Assembly: GCA_038064695.1 (NCBI GenBank)
Contig: JBBTSO010000005.1
Coordinates: forward strand, 106,070 to 170,069
Length of the DNA stretch: 64,000 bases
Reading direction: 5' to 3'
From: Patescibacteria group bacterium
GTDB lineage: Bacteria; Patescibacteriota; Minisyncoccia; Phycocordibacterales; Phycocordibacteraceae
Part shown: piece by piece, positions 19,941 to 29,155 of the stretch
Numbering within the stretch: the first letter of the stretch is position 1
Layout: each line of letters starts with the position of its first letter
Position numbers and translations under genes: made by a program
Notes under the pieces: model-generated
Database searches by the model: none
The model's input: only the letters and a program-made list of their open reading frames with translations
Told to the model about the DNA's origin: nothing

Positions 19941-20390
19941 TTATGCTATTTTTTCTTTAAGTATTTTTTCTGCGGCAAGAATGGCAACTTTCACCATTTC
20001 TTTTTCGCTTTCAGCTAATGCCGCGCGCTTCAACTCCTCAGCTTGCGTACGCGCTTCGCTTAGTACTCCCTCTGCTCGCTCCTGCGCGGTTTTTAGAATA
20101 TCGGTGCGCTGATTTTTTGCCTCGTTGACCGCGCGTTCAACCACTGCGCCTGCTTCTTTTTGTGCAGAAGTTAAAATGCCTGTTTTTTCCTGTTCAATGA
20201 CCGCGCGCGCTTCTGATGCTTCACGGGCATCATCTAACCCTTTTTTGAGCACCGCCTCACGCTCCGCTAACACGTGCATTAACGGCTTGTACAAGAAAAA
20301 AGTAAGTCCACCGAACACGATAAGGAAGTTAACTCCTTGTGCGATGAGTAGTTTCCAGTCAACACCGAAAGCGGCAAAAAGCTCCCCCAT
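19941..20390 (-). CDS. atpF: F-type ATP synthase subunit b
   Basis: Single N-terminal TM helix, then a long charged Ala/Glu/Lys-rich helix. Confidence 0.85.
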   Translation of the reverse strand: MGELFAAFGVDWKLLIAQGVNFLIVFGGLTFFLYKPLMHVLAEREAVLKKGLDDAREASEARAVIEQEKTGILTSAQKEAGAVVERAVNEAKNQRTDILKTAQERAEGVLSEARTQAEELKRAALAESEKEMVKVAILAAEKILKEKIA

Positions 20391-20397
20391 GCACTTT

Positions 20398-20658
<261 letters not shown>

Positions 20659-21411
20659 CTAATGCTCTCCGTGTGGGGTAACTGCAATTTTGATAAAGAA
20701 GAGTGTTAGAAGCGCAAATACGGCTCCTTGAATTACGCTCACAAATGCTTCGTATAAAACCAGTGGCACGGGGGCGATATACGGAACAAAGAAAAGTGCC
20801 AACAAGATTAATACTTTCCCCGCAAAAATATTTCCAAAGAGACGAAAGGAAAACGTAATGAGACGAGCCACCTCACTGATTAGCTCAATAATGCCTACAA
20901 TGAAGCCAATCACTGAAGTAAAATTAACAAATTTTGAAAAATATTTCAAGAATCCGAGTGCTGCAATACCAGCAAATTCAATAACAACGAAAGAAATAAT
21001 GGCGAGTGCTATCGGTGCATTTAGATCGGTGTTGACAGGGTACAAAAGAGGAATAAACCCATGGTGCGCTTCATCGTAGAAACCAAGTGCTCCAATAAAT
21101 GGGAAGAGTCCGAAAAGATTTGCTGCTGTAACATACACAAAAATGCTCATGATGATGGGAAAATACCTTCGCGCGAGTACATCATCTTCTAAAACTTCAC
21201 GTACGTAGTTGTAAACACCAAGCACCACTTCCTCGACTGCCAACTGTCCTTTTGAAGGCGCAACTTTTAAATTTCTACCTATAAAGAAAGCAGCGACAAG
21301 GAGTAAAACTACCACCACCGAACTAGAAATTAACGTTGGGGTAATGGGAAAACCCCAGAGATCCCCGAGGTGGTACGGGGCAATAGAAATATGCAGACTT
21401 TCTGCAGCCAT
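20659..21411 (-). CDS. atpB: F-type ATP synthase subunit a
   Basis: Polytopic, with conserved Arg in the C-terminal helix region (ARLITFSFRLFGNIFAG). First gene of the operon. Confidence 0.9.
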   Translation of the reverse strand: MAAESLHISIAPYHLGDLWGFPITPTLISSSVVVVLLLVAAFFIGRNLKVAPSKGQLAVEEVVLGVYNYVREVLEDDVLARRYFPIIMSIFVYVTAANLFGLFPFIGALGFYDEAHHGFIPLLYPVNTDLNAPIALAIISFVVIEFAGIAALGFLKYFSKFVNFTSVIGFIVGIIELISEVARLITFSFRLFGNIFAGKVLILLALFFVPYIAPVPLVLYEAFVSVIQGAVFALLTLFFIKIAVTPHGEH

Positions 21412-21455
21412 ATGGATACTAGTGTATCATAAAAGCATTACAAACAAACAAAAAT

Positions 21456-21758
21456 ATGAAAAATTTTGTCGCGTTTATTCGTGAACAGGGAGTGATAGGC
21501 CTCGCCATTGGTTTTATTTTAGGAGGCGCTGTTTCTACCGTCGTTGCGTCGCTTGTTAAAGATATTATTAATCCCCTTTTGGGAATTTTGCTTGGCTCTG
21601 TGGGAGGGTTAGCAACCGCACATTTCTCAATTTTAGGAGCTCAAATTATGTGGGGTAGTTTCGTATCAGTGCTTATAAACTTTTTGGTGATTGCAGCAGT
21701 CGTCTACTACGGATTCAAAGGCCTTGGGTTAGACAAATTAGACGTAAAAAAACCGTAA
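21456..21758 (+). CDS. mscL: large-conductance mechanosensitive channel MscL
   Basis: VIGLAIGFILGGAVSTVVASLVKDIINPLLG is the MscL TM1 signature. 100 aa, two TM helices. Confidence 0.85.
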   Translation: MKNFVAFIREQGVIGLAIGFILGGAVSTVVASLVKDIINPLLGILLGSVGGLATAHFSILGAQIMWGSFVSVLINFLVIAAVVYYGFKGLGLDKLDVKKP

Positions 21759-21762
21759 AACA

Positions 21763-22395
21763 CTACGGAGTGAAGGCTTTTCGCAATTCCTCCATTTTCT
21801 GGGGGTTTGAAAGCGCTTCATAAACACGTAACCTAAAAGGCAATCCGCGGTAGTATTGCCCCTCAAAACCGGTTGTAGCAAAAGCAATAAGTTCATCAAA
21901 CGTTACCGTGCGCGGAGTTATCCGTTCGCCCGGATCAAGTGTTACCTCAGACACTTTTGTGCACCCTTTTCCGATGTACACGTAGACAACCGCGTCTGTT
22001 TTGGTTGCGGGAGCATCCGTATAAAACAACGTGAGCGTCTCTGCCTGGTATCCCGTTTCTTCTTTTAATTCTCTTCGAGCTGCCTCATCTGGTGTTTCTC
22101 CTGCCTCTACCCTTCCACAAGGAGCAGTAATAACCGTCTCTCGATTTGGCTGCGAATCTTCAATCAGTAGTATTCTCCCGTCGGGGAGTATGGGAAACAC
22201 GATCGCGGAGTCAGCGCGGTGCGCCATTTCAAAGGTGGCATATGACCCATCAAACAATTTCTGTTGCCACTGGTAAATATCAAAAATAATTCCCTCAAAA
22301 ACTTTCTTTGCGTCTTTCGGAATTCTACTTTCCCTGTACGGGGGCTGTGTTCCCATTGATATTAAAAATATACCATGGCAGGGCACACAGTCCAC
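21763..22395 (-). CDS. NUDIX hydrolase (ADP-ribose pyrophosphatase-like)
   Basis: Nudix box GRVEAGETPDEAARRELKEETG. The true start is probably the internal MGTQPPY. Confidence 0.8.
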   Translation of the reverse strand: MDCVPCHGIFLISMGTQPPYRESRIPKDAKKVFEGIIFDIYQWQQKLFDGSYATFEMAHRADSAIVFPILPDGRILLIEDSQPNRETVITAPCGRVEAGETPDEAARRELKEETGYQAETLTLFYTDAPATKTDAVVYVYIGKGCTKVSEVTLDPGERITPRTVTFDELIAFATTGFEGQYYRGLPFRLRVYEALSNPQKMEELRKAFTP

Positions 22396-22410
22396 TGGTG
22401 ACTAGTTGTT

Positions 22411-22956
22411 CTATTTGACTAACACTTCTACCGTTCTGTCAATAAGCGCGTCAGTAGGGAGCGACACAAAACCTAATGAACGAGCAAGGGAAATGCTCGC
22501 GTCATTTCCGCATGCGATCTGTACATAGAGTCGAACCCCTGTGTTTTGTGTTACGTAGTGAGCAAGTGCCATTTCACAAAATTTTTTCATAAAACCCGCG
22601 CCACGAAATATCCCATAGGAACGGTACGCTACCGTGTGCCACTCACTCCCCTCACCGAATTCACGATCAGTAGTGGGGAGTGCTTTTGGCCCACACCACA
22701 CGATGCCTGCCAACACGTCATCGGGAGTCACCGCCACGTACAGTGTTCTTCCTTGTGCATACCACTCTTCAAACGAACCCGTACCAAATCGTTTTCGGTC
22801 AGACGTTACCGCGAGCTCAGTGTCAGAAGTATCCAGTGAGTACTTTTTTAATTGCTGAAGATGGGTTTCAGAAAGTCCCTGCATTACGCGGAGCGGAACG
22901 CCACTTTTGGTGTTGACCGTTCCTATGTCGTGTAACTCAAAGAGCGGAGTGGTCAT
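22411..22956 (-). CDS. putative GNAT-family acetyltransferase
   Basis: RGAGF at the acetyl-CoA site position and an overall GNAT-like pattern. Weak. Confidence 0.4.
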   Translation of the reverse strand: MTTPLFELHDIGTVNTKSGVPLRVMQGLSETHLQQLKKYSLDTSDTELAVTSDRKRFGTGSFEEWYAQGRTLYVAVTPDDVLAGIVWCGPKALPTTDREFGEGSEWHTVAYRSYGIFRGAGFMKKFCEMALAHYVTQNTGVRLYVQIACGNDASISLARSLGFVSLPTDALIDRTVEVLVK

Positions 22957-24134
22957 AGAATACCGAACGTTTTACCCACTTCGGTAAATTTTTCTACCGC
23001 GAAAATAATATCTTCTTCAGTATGCGCGGCAGAAATTTGTACCCGAATGCGCGCGGTCCCTTTCGGCACCACCGGGTAACTAAATCCAATGACATAAATT
23101 CCCTTCTCGTATAACGCGCGCGCCATGTCGGTCGCTTTCTTTTCATCACCGACCATAATGGGAGTAATGGGGTGTGGTGCGACCGATACAGAAAATCCTG
23201 CTTCTTTCATCCGACTTCTAAACAGTGTGGTGTTACTCCACAAGGAACTACGAAGTTCGGGATGCGCTTGAATGTGCGCAAGTGCCGCAATGGAAGTACC
23301 CGTAATAACCGTATCCAAGCTGTTTGAAAAAAGGTACGAGCGAGATTTTTGCCGTAGATACTCAGCAACGCGCGCGTTGGTTGCGGTGAACGCACCTCCC
23401 GCGCCTCCGAGTGCTTTCCCAAACGTGCCGGTAATAAAATCAATTTTCCCTAAAACCCCTTCTGCCTCAGCAACACCACGACCGGTGTCTCCCATTACTC
23501 CCGTTGCGTGCGCGTCGTCAACAAACACGAGCGCGTCATATTTTTCCGCAAGCGCGACAATGGATTTTAATGGCGCAATATGTCCATCCATTGAAAAAAC
23601 GCCATCGGTTGCAATAACCCGGTACCGCTTATCTTTGGTACTGATGAGTTTTTGCTCCAAGTCGGCCATATCCATATGCGCGTACACCAATCGTTCGGAT
23701 TTTGTTAAACGAATAGCATCAATAATGGAAGCGTGGTTTAGTGCATCGCTAATAATGGCGTCTTCTTCGGTAAAAAAAGTCTGGAAAAGACCGACGTTTG
23801 CCATAAAACATGACGAGTAAAGAACGGCATCCTCGCACCCTACAAACTCAGCAATCTTTTTTTCAAGTGTTTTATGTATTTCCTGAGTACCGCAAATAAA
23901 CCGAACTGAGGCAAGTCCATACCCCCACCGCTCTAACACCTTCTCTGAGGCCTCCGCGAGCAGCGGAGACCCTGAAAGTCCAAGGTAGTTGTTTGCGCAA
24001 AAATTGAGCATTGTTTTATCGCCAACGGTGATTTCTCTTCCCTGGCGCGAGGAAAGTACTCGCTCTTCTTTGTACACACCTTCGTCACGAAATTTTTGTA
24101 ATTCTTGAGTGAGATTATCAATAAAACGTTTCAT
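22953..24134 (-). CDS. kbl: 2-amino-3-ketobutyrate CoA ligase (glycine C-acetyltransferase), PLP-dependent
   Basis: Class-II aminotransferase fold with PLP-lysine region GTFGKALG. Sits next to tdh. Confidence 0.8.
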   Translation of the reverse strand: MKRFIDNLTQELQKFRDEGVYKEERVLSSRQGREITVGDKTMLNFCANNYLGLSGSPLLAEASEKVLERWGYGLASVRFICGTQEIHKTLEKKIAEFVGCEDAVLYSSCFMANVGLFQTFFTEEDAIISDALNHASIIDAIRLTKSERLVYAHMDMADLEQKLISTKDKRYRVIATDGVFSMDGHIAPLKSIVALAEKYDALVFVDDAHATGVMGDTGRGVAEAEGVLGKIDFITGTFGKALGGAGGAFTATNARVAEYLRQKSRSYLFSNSLDTVITGTSIAALAHIQAHPELRSSLWSNTTLFRSRMKEAGFSVSVAPHPITPIMVGDEKKATDMARALYEKGIYVIGFSYPVVPKGTARIRVQISAAHTEEDIIFAVEKFTEVGKTFGIL

Positions 24135-24135
24135 A

Positions 24136-25335
24136 CTAGCCGTTAATAGAGAAAATAATTTTAGGGTGCGCGTTCATTGCGTTTTCAAAACTCTCTGGAG
24201 TAAACGACGAGAACGGGTAGAGTGTCCCTTCTCCTTTCTTTAGGATGGTATTCCAAATGGCATCTTGAACACCATTTGTTTTATCTGAAAGTACTCGTTG
24301 AGCAATTTGCCAGGTGCGAAAAATTTCGCGACCAATAATGTTGTGCATGGTGAGTCCTCGCACAATAACTCGGTTAAACTTCGGGATAGTAAGATCGCCG
24401 TCTTTGATACCAAAAAAGACCACGTGACCTCCGCGCCTCGTCGCGTCAATGGCGTTATTGACTGAAGAAAAGGGACCAGCCATTTCGAGAGAAACATCAA
24501 CGCCTTTCCCGTAGGTAATTTCCATAATGCGCGCTATTACTTCAGGATCACCTTCCCAGTCATGAGTTTTGGTCTTTTTTTCAATCTGAATTGTTTCGTG
24601 AGCCCCAAGTTCTCGCGCGATGCGTAAATTTTCAGGATTGACGTCTATGGCAATTACTTTTGCGGCACCGAAATTTCGCAAAAGTAAAATAGAAAAAAGA
24701 CCGATGGGGCCACACCCGAACACCGCGACACGTTGCCCTCGCACGTCGACGCGGGTAGTAGAGTGTACTGCGTTTCCAAACGGGTCAAAAATAGATGCTA
24801 TTTCTGGACGAATGCGCGTCTCATCAATGGCCCATAAATTTTTTGCAGGTATTTTTACGTATTCCGCGAAAACACCATCAATGGAGATCCCAAGAATTGA
24901 TTCATTCATACAAACATTAGCTTCACCTACGCGACACTGGAAACACGTGCCACACGTAATATGCGAGTCGCCCGATACGAGCGCACCCACCTGTATTTTT
25001 GCTTTGTTGTGCGGATCACTGTCCAAATACAGACGTTCAACCATTGACCCCTGTTCTACAATCTCCCCTACAAATTCGTGCCCGTTGATACGGAGTGTTT
25101 TCCCTTCACGTTGGAGTGAGTCGTGTACCAAATCTTTAAACGCGCTACGGTGCCAGAGCCCACGGTCGCTCCCACACACGCCTGCAAATCGAACTTTTAT
25201 AATGACTGCGAGTGCATCGTCTGGATTTTTTTTCTCATCGAGCGTGGGTCGCGGAACATCTCTCAAAACAAAACCTTTACTTCCCGACCAGCCGTCGGCA
25301 ACTGAGTCAAATGTGAGGGCTTTCACGGTATCCAT
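24136..25335 (-). CDS. tdh: L-threonine 3-dehydrogenase (Zn-dependent medium-chain dehydrogenase)
   Basis: GVCGSD...GHEFVGEIV zinc-ADH signature, GxGxxG Rossmann GCGPIGL. Operon with kbl. Confidence 0.8.
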   Translation of the reverse strand: MDTVKALTFDSVADGWSGSKGFVLRDVPRPTLDEKKNPDDALAVIIKVRFAGVCGSDRGLWHRSAFKDLVHDSLQREGKTLRINGHEFVGEIVEQGSMVERLYLDSDPHNKAKIQVGALVSGDSHITCGTCFQCRVGEANVCMNESILGISIDGVFAEYVKIPAKNLWAIDETRIRPEIASIFDPFGNAVHSTTRVDVRGQRVAVFGCGPIGLFSILLLRNFGAAKVIAIDVNPENLRIARELGAHETIQIEKKTKTHDWEGDPEVIARIMEITYGKGVDVSLEMAGPFSSVNNAIDATRRGGHVVFFGIKDGDLTIPKFNRVIVRGLTMHNIIGREIFRTWQIAQRVLSDKTNGVQDAIWNTILKKGEGTLYPFSSFTPESFENAMNAHPKIIFSING

Positions 25336-25381
25336 AAGATCTTAGTATATACCAACCAAAATACCATTCCGTCACACGGCT

Positions 25382-26056
25382 CTAAAACACGAGCAAATGA
25401 GCCGGTTTTTCAGAAAGGGTAATGAGTACCTTTTCTCCATCGTGGATGACTGCTTCGCCTTCAAAATTATCAACATACACGAGCGCGGGACCGCGGTGTA
25501 TTTCAACCGTAAGTGAAGTCTCTTGCTCTGGTAAAAACAACGGGGCCAGGTGTTCCGCGGTGTTGTTAAATGCAACCCCGATACCAGATTCAAAAGTCTT
25601 ACGGGTGATGCTTTGAAAATATCCCGTGGCACCAAGCGCAGTTGCCACCACTACCCCGTCTCCAATAATGTTAGAAAATGTCTGTGTATTGGTATGGAGT
25701 GAGAAACGAACTGCGTGGCGAGGATTTTTATTTCTTACCACCACGTCATTTAACGCGTACCAAACCACTCCGGCAGTTTCTACTTGTAGTTTTAAAATGG
25801 TCCGAACGGTGTATGCTTTTTCCGACAAACGCTTGAGCACGTGATCCAGCGGGAGCGTGGTGCACAACGTACACGTCGCGCTATTTTTTATGAGTAGCTT
25901 CGGAACAGTCGGAAACCGCGCTTCGGAGCGAAGAAAAGTGCCATCGCCCCCAAAACTAATAACGACGTCAGGGTTTTCATTAACAACGCGAAATCCTGCC
26001 CGTTCAACATCTGAACGTAACGTTTCTACTTGTTCACCAAAAAGGGCGATATTCAT
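25382..26056 (-). CDS. nadK: NAD+ kinase
   Basis: GGDGT, NDVVV and DGVVVATALGATGY motifs. Start set at MNIALFGE (ORF open to 26083). Confidence 0.85.
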   Translation of the reverse strand: MNIALFGEQVETLRSDVERAGFRVVNENPDVVISFGGDGTFLRSEARFPTVPKLLIKNSATCTLCTTLPLDHVLKRLSEKAYTVRTILKLQVETAGVVWYALNDVVVRNKNPRHAVRFSLHTNTQTFSNIIGDGVVVATALGATGYFQSITRKTFESGIGVAFNNTAEHLAPLFLPEQETSLTVEIHRGPALVYVDNFEGEAVIHDGEKVLITLSEKPAHLLVF

Positions 26057-26089
26057 ACAAACACTATACCGGAGCCAAAACAACGTGCC

Positions 26090-26434
26090 CTAGCTCGCCT
26101 TCTGAATGTCTTCAACGTCTTCACTTATTTCTTCCACGTTTTCGTGAATTTCTTCAATATCTTCCTGAATTTCATCAACATCTTTTTCAACCTCGCGGAG
26201 TGACATCGTGTTACGATTGACGGTCATTTGAATAAAAAGCGCAAGATAAATGGCCTCAAGCGAAACAACGGTAGTCAAAACCAAAAGAACCATATCCCAG
26301 GGAGCTACTCCAAGTACACCCACCATAAAGGCCCCTAAAAAAGCGAGCGTATGCACTGCAATTGAAGAGGGAGAACCCATCCAGTGGGTAATTTTTTCAT
26401 ACATCCCGTGGTGATGGTGGTGGTTACGATCCAT
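26090..26434 (-). CDS. small 2-TM membrane protein with native penta-His N-terminus and acidic C-terminal helix (DUF1003-like)
   Basis: MDRNHHHHHGMYEK..., two hydrophobic helices, then C-terminal EVEKDVDEIQEDIEEIHENVEEISEDVEDIQ. Confidence 0.5.
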   Translation of the reverse strand: MDRNHHHHHGMYEKITHWMGSPSSIAVHTLAFLGAFMVGVLGVAPWDMVLLVLTTVVSLEAIYLALFIQMTVNRNTMSLREVEKDVDEIQEDIEEIHENVEEISEDVEDIQKAS

Positions 26435-26540
26435 AAAAATATACCCAAAGTATACACGGTATTTTTAAATTCTATGGAATTGCGAATTTAAATAGGTACG
26501 ATATACTATTCGTACCTCAAAAAGGTACAATAATTTGCAT

Positions 26541-26613
26541 GGGCCCTTAGCTCATTTGGTAGAGCGCCTCATTTGCACTGAGGAGGCGGGGGGTTCGAAT
26601 CCTCTAGGGTCCA
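26541..26613 (+). tRNA. tRNA-Ala (anticodon UGC)
   Basis: Cloverleaf folded by hand: acceptor GGGCCCT/AGGGTCC (one G-U), D arm GCTC-ATTTGGTA-GAGC, anticodon stem CCTCA/TGAGG with loop TTTGCAC, T arm GGGGG-TTCGAAT-CCTCT, discriminator A. No encoded CCA. Confidence 0.9.
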
Positions 26614-26616
26614 CAA
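26599..26616 (+). repeat. 18-nt direct repeat copy 1 (= 3-prime end of tRNA-Ala, ATCCTCTAGGGTCCACAA)
   Basis: Identical 18-mer recurs at 26772-26789, 173 nt downstream. Confidence 0.8.
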
Positions 26617-26627
26617 CATAAAAATTG

Positions 26628-26652
26628 CCCAGCTCATGCTGGGTTATTTTTA
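26628..26652 (+). terminator. intrinsic terminator hairpin CCCAGC-tcat-GCTGGG + T-run after tRNA-Ala
   Basis: Read directly. Confidence 0.55.
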
Positions 26653-26705
26653 TGGCGGTTGAGTGTGGGAGGATTCGAAAACCGGAAGCGCGACGGCGCT
26701 GAGGT

Positions 26706-26744
26706 GGGGTCGCAAAAATTTTTAGCAAAAAATTATTAGTGACC
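26706..26744. repeat. GGGGTCGC-AT-rich-GTGACC unit, copy 1
   Basis: ggggtcgcaaaaatttttagcaaaaaattattagtgacc. Near-identical unit at 26887-26927 (181-nt period). Confidence 0.6.
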
Positions 26745-26771
26745 GATGCGTGCTGAGCGAAGCGATGACAC

Positions 26772-26789
26772 ATCCTCTAGGGTCCACAA
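26772..26789 (+). repeat. 18-nt direct repeat copy 2 (displaced duplicate of tRNA-Ala 3-prime end; att-like)
   Basis: ATCCTCTAGGGTCCACAA identical to 26599-26616. Followed by a second hairpin+T-run (ATCCCGC-ctg-GCGGGAT at 26801-26829). Confidence 0.8.
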
Positions 26790-26886
26790 AAGACAGAAAC
26801 ATCCCGCCTGCGCGGGATTTTCTGCTTTTGTGGAAGGCACAGGTATATTTTTCTTTGAACGAAGTGAGAGGGAAAAATACCGAGCC

Positions 26887-26927
26887 GGGGTCGCGGAAAA
26901 TTTCTGTCAAGAAATTTATTTGTGACC
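26887..26927. repeat. GGGGTCGC-AT-rich-GTGACC unit, copy 2
   Basis: ggggtcgcggaaaatttctgtcaagaaatttatttgtgacc. Preceded by ataccgagccgggg, which carries the CCGAGC core of the dispersed repeat family. Confidence 0.6.
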
Positions 26928-26941
26928 ACCTTTTGCTTGTT

Positions 26942-27100
26942 TTAAGCGTTATTTAACACGTGCTCAATAAACTCAGGCATTGAAACCCCTACTGCCGCGA
27001 GGGACTTCGGAAGAAGTGAATTTTCAGTGAGACCAGGGAGTGTATTCACTTCCAAAAAGTAAATACCTCGGGGGGATACAATAAAATCACTGCGCCCTCG
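26942..27100 (-). pseudogene. displaced, diverged duplicate of the ddl 3-prime end (last approx. 47 codons), preceded by an in-frame stop
   Basis: Own translation: ...RSDFIVSPRGIYFLEVNTLPGLTENSLLPKSLAAVGVSMPEFIEHVLNNA*. Intact ddl at 30281-30450 reads YSRSDFIVSPRGIYFLEVNTLPDLRDISLFSVALGSVGVNMSEFIEHILKLVYEK*. A 49-nt stretch (27043-27091) is identical to 30381-30429; the flanks are about 60 percent identical. Confidence 0.75.
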
Positions 27101-27149
27101 TTCAGGTACCAACGATTATACCTCAACCTTTTTTAGCGCAAGCAACTGC

Positions 27150-27155
27150 TATAAT
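27150..27155 (+). promoter_or_regulatory. TATAAT -10-like hexamer immediately upstream of the hydrolase gene
   Basis: gcaactgcTATAATacc read directly. No convincing -35. Confidence 0.25.
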
Positions 27156-27162
27156 ACCACCC

Positions 27163-27831
27163 GTGTCTACTATTATTGTTCTTCATGGATGGAAACATAG
27201 TCTTGCTTCGTGGGAAGAATTTCGAATGCAGTTTCCCGTTGATACCGTTATCACTTTTGATTTACCAGGATTTGGCGACGAACCACTACATCTAGGGTGG
27301 GGCGTACCAGAATATGCTGGATGGGTTAAAGAGAAAATTGCTCCGTATACGTCTAAAGGTCCAGTTATTCTCCTCGGACACTCTTTTGGAGGAAGAATCG
27401 CTGCATACATTGCTATCCAACAACCACCATGGCTCGAGCGCCTCATTCTTTATGGCGCACCTCTTATCTACCAACCAACAATATGGGTGCGCTTCCGGGC
27501 AGGGATTGCAAAAAAAATAAAAGCTTTTATACCTTTTAAAAAATACATTCTCAACGTGCTCTTTCCTGAAAGCCACAAACCCGAGTACTACAAAATATTT
27601 AAAAAAATTGCTACGTTTGATTTAAAAAATGAATTACAACACATCACCGTACCAACTTTATTTGTATGGGGTGACAATGACACCGAAGCTCCACTCCGTC
27701 TTGGTCGGATAGCGGCAAAACTCATTCCGCAGAGTTTAATGGTAATATTGCCAAAATCGGGTCACAATATACACATCGACTCACCGTATCTATTCTATGG
27801 CGTTGTTAAAAAATTTATTGAGGGTAACTAA
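27163..27831 (+). CDS. alpha/beta-fold hydrolase
   Basis: IIVLHGW oxyanion-strand start and nucleophile elbow GHSFGG. Likely GTG start; 222 aa. Substrate unknown. Confidence 0.75.
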   Translation: MSTIIVLHGWKHSLASWEEFRMQFPVDTVITFDLPGFGDEPLHLGWGVPEYAGWVKEKIAPYTSKGPVILLGHSFGGRIAAYIAIQQPPWLERLILYGAPLIYQPTIWVRFRAGIAKKIKAFIPFKKYILNVLFPESHKPEYYKIFKKIATFDLKNELQHITVPTLFVWGDNDTEAPLRLGRIAAKLIPQSLMVILPKSGHNIHIDSPYLFYGVVKKFIEGN

Positions 27832-29155
27832 TTTTATTTTTCCTTTCGTAGATTTTTGCTATATTCTTCAATTAGAAGAATATAGCACAAGGCGCTACTT
27901 AGTTGCGTTAAAAAAATTCCTTTTCAGACGAAATCTCCAACAACGCCAACGACTTGTCTTAACACAACGAATAAAATTAACCTTGTTTCTGAGCGTTGCT
28001 ATGTATCTTGGAATTCTGACTAGTATTTATATCTTTACATCTGGAACAACTGCTCTTGTGTCCTACTTAGGAACTACAATACTAATTCCCTTAATCGTTG
28101 CTTTAGCAGATACAGTTATTACACCTGGTACATACCTTTTAAAGAAACGGATTAGAGCGTCTGCGCAACGTAAGCTTAAAAACTATAAAAACATTGTCAC
28201 TATCGTAATCGCTGGCAGTCATGGCAAATCGACAACAAAGACGTTTTTGTACGAACTACTACGATACCACTACAACACCAAGATGGCTCTGAGAAATATT
28301 AATACGCCAATGGGTATTGCTGATTGGATAAACAAAGAATTGCATGGCGGGGTGGATATTTTGATAGCAGAAATTGATACGTATTGGGTAGGAGAAATTA
28401 CTGATTCATGTCATATGCTTCGGCCCCGTCATGCGATCGTAACATCACTAGGCGAACAACATCTTGTTCGATTTAAAAACCAAGAAGAATTGCATCAAGC
28501 GCTACTTGAGACATTCACCTGTACCACAATAGATGGTTTGAAATTGGCACCACGAGAACTGAAAAATAATCTAGAGAAAAAAGGTTTAAATGACATCATA
28601 TATGTGGATGATATTCCGTACTACGCAGGGAGAAAGATAGAAACTCCGCAACTTTCTGAGACACAAAAAAAAGATCTCTCTTTGGCGCTTCGTATGGCAG
28701 AGGAATTTAGTATTCCAGAACATATAGTGGTCGATATTTGCTCGAAACTTACACCGCCTGATCGCAGGCAGGTTCAAAGCAAAATGCACGGCTTTGAAGT
28801 TGTTGATGATTCATACAATATTAGTTTTGAAACCGCACAAAAAGGTATCACCAGAGCGGCTGAGCTTGCAAAAGAAAAAAACAAAAAACTACTGATAGTA
28901 ACTGCGGGTATTCCTGAGCTGGGAAAAGAGAACGCGCAAGCGAATACCAAACTGGGGCAACAGATGGCTATCACAGCAAATTACATCGCTATATTGAAAT
29001 CTGACTTTCACAAAGCAATAATCGAAGGTATACCAAAAAAGAGTAGCTATTCTCTATACCCTTCTATTGACGATTTCTGGCTCGCTACTGAGTCATTCCC
29101 CAAGGACGAGTGGTTAATTCTTGTACAACCAGAACTAACTGATTTATATTATTGA
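27797..29155 (+). CDS. membrane-anchored Mur-ligase-family protein, MurF-like (UDP-MurNAc-peptide ligase family)
   Basis: Two N-terminal TM helices, then Mur ligase P-loop VIAGSHGKSTTKTF, central-domain acidic/His residues, and the C-terminal VVDDSYNISFE (MurF-type IDDSYNANP). Confidence 0.7.
   Translation: MALLKNLLRVTNFIFPFVDFCYILQLEEYSTRRYLVALKKFLFRRNLQQRQRLVLTQRIKLTLFLSVAMYLGILTSIYIFTSGTTALVSYLGTTILIPLIVALADTVITPGTYLLKKRIRASAQRKLKNYKNIVTIVIAGSHGKSTTKTFLYELLRYHYNTKMALRNINTPMGIADWINKELHGGVDILIAEIDTYWVGEITDSCHMLRPRHAIVTSLGEQHLVRFKNQEELHQALLETFTCTTIDGLKLAPRELKNNLEKKGLNDIIYVDDIPYYAGRKIETPQLSETQKKDLSLALRMAEEFSIPEHIVVDICSKLTPPDRRQVQSKMHGFEVVDDSYNISFETAQKGITRAAELAKEKNKKLLIVTAGIPELGKENAQANTKLGQQMAITANYIAILKSDFHKAIIEGIPKKSSYSLYPSIDDFWLATESFPKDEWLILVQPELTDLYY

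Noticed and set aside
26090-26434. HHHHH near the N-terminus as a cloning-vector His-tag artefact
   Set aside because: The context is a native operon position with no vector-like flanks, and the protein is a small natural membrane protein. Natural His-rich N-termini occur.
26552-26956. Track ORFs 26552-26773(-), 26722-26910(-) and 26750-26956(+) overlapping the tRNA-Ala gene and repeat units
   Set aside because: They lie antisense to or across a clearly folded tRNA, terminator hairpins and repeat modules. No motif content. Typical spurious ORFs in a structured non-coding region.
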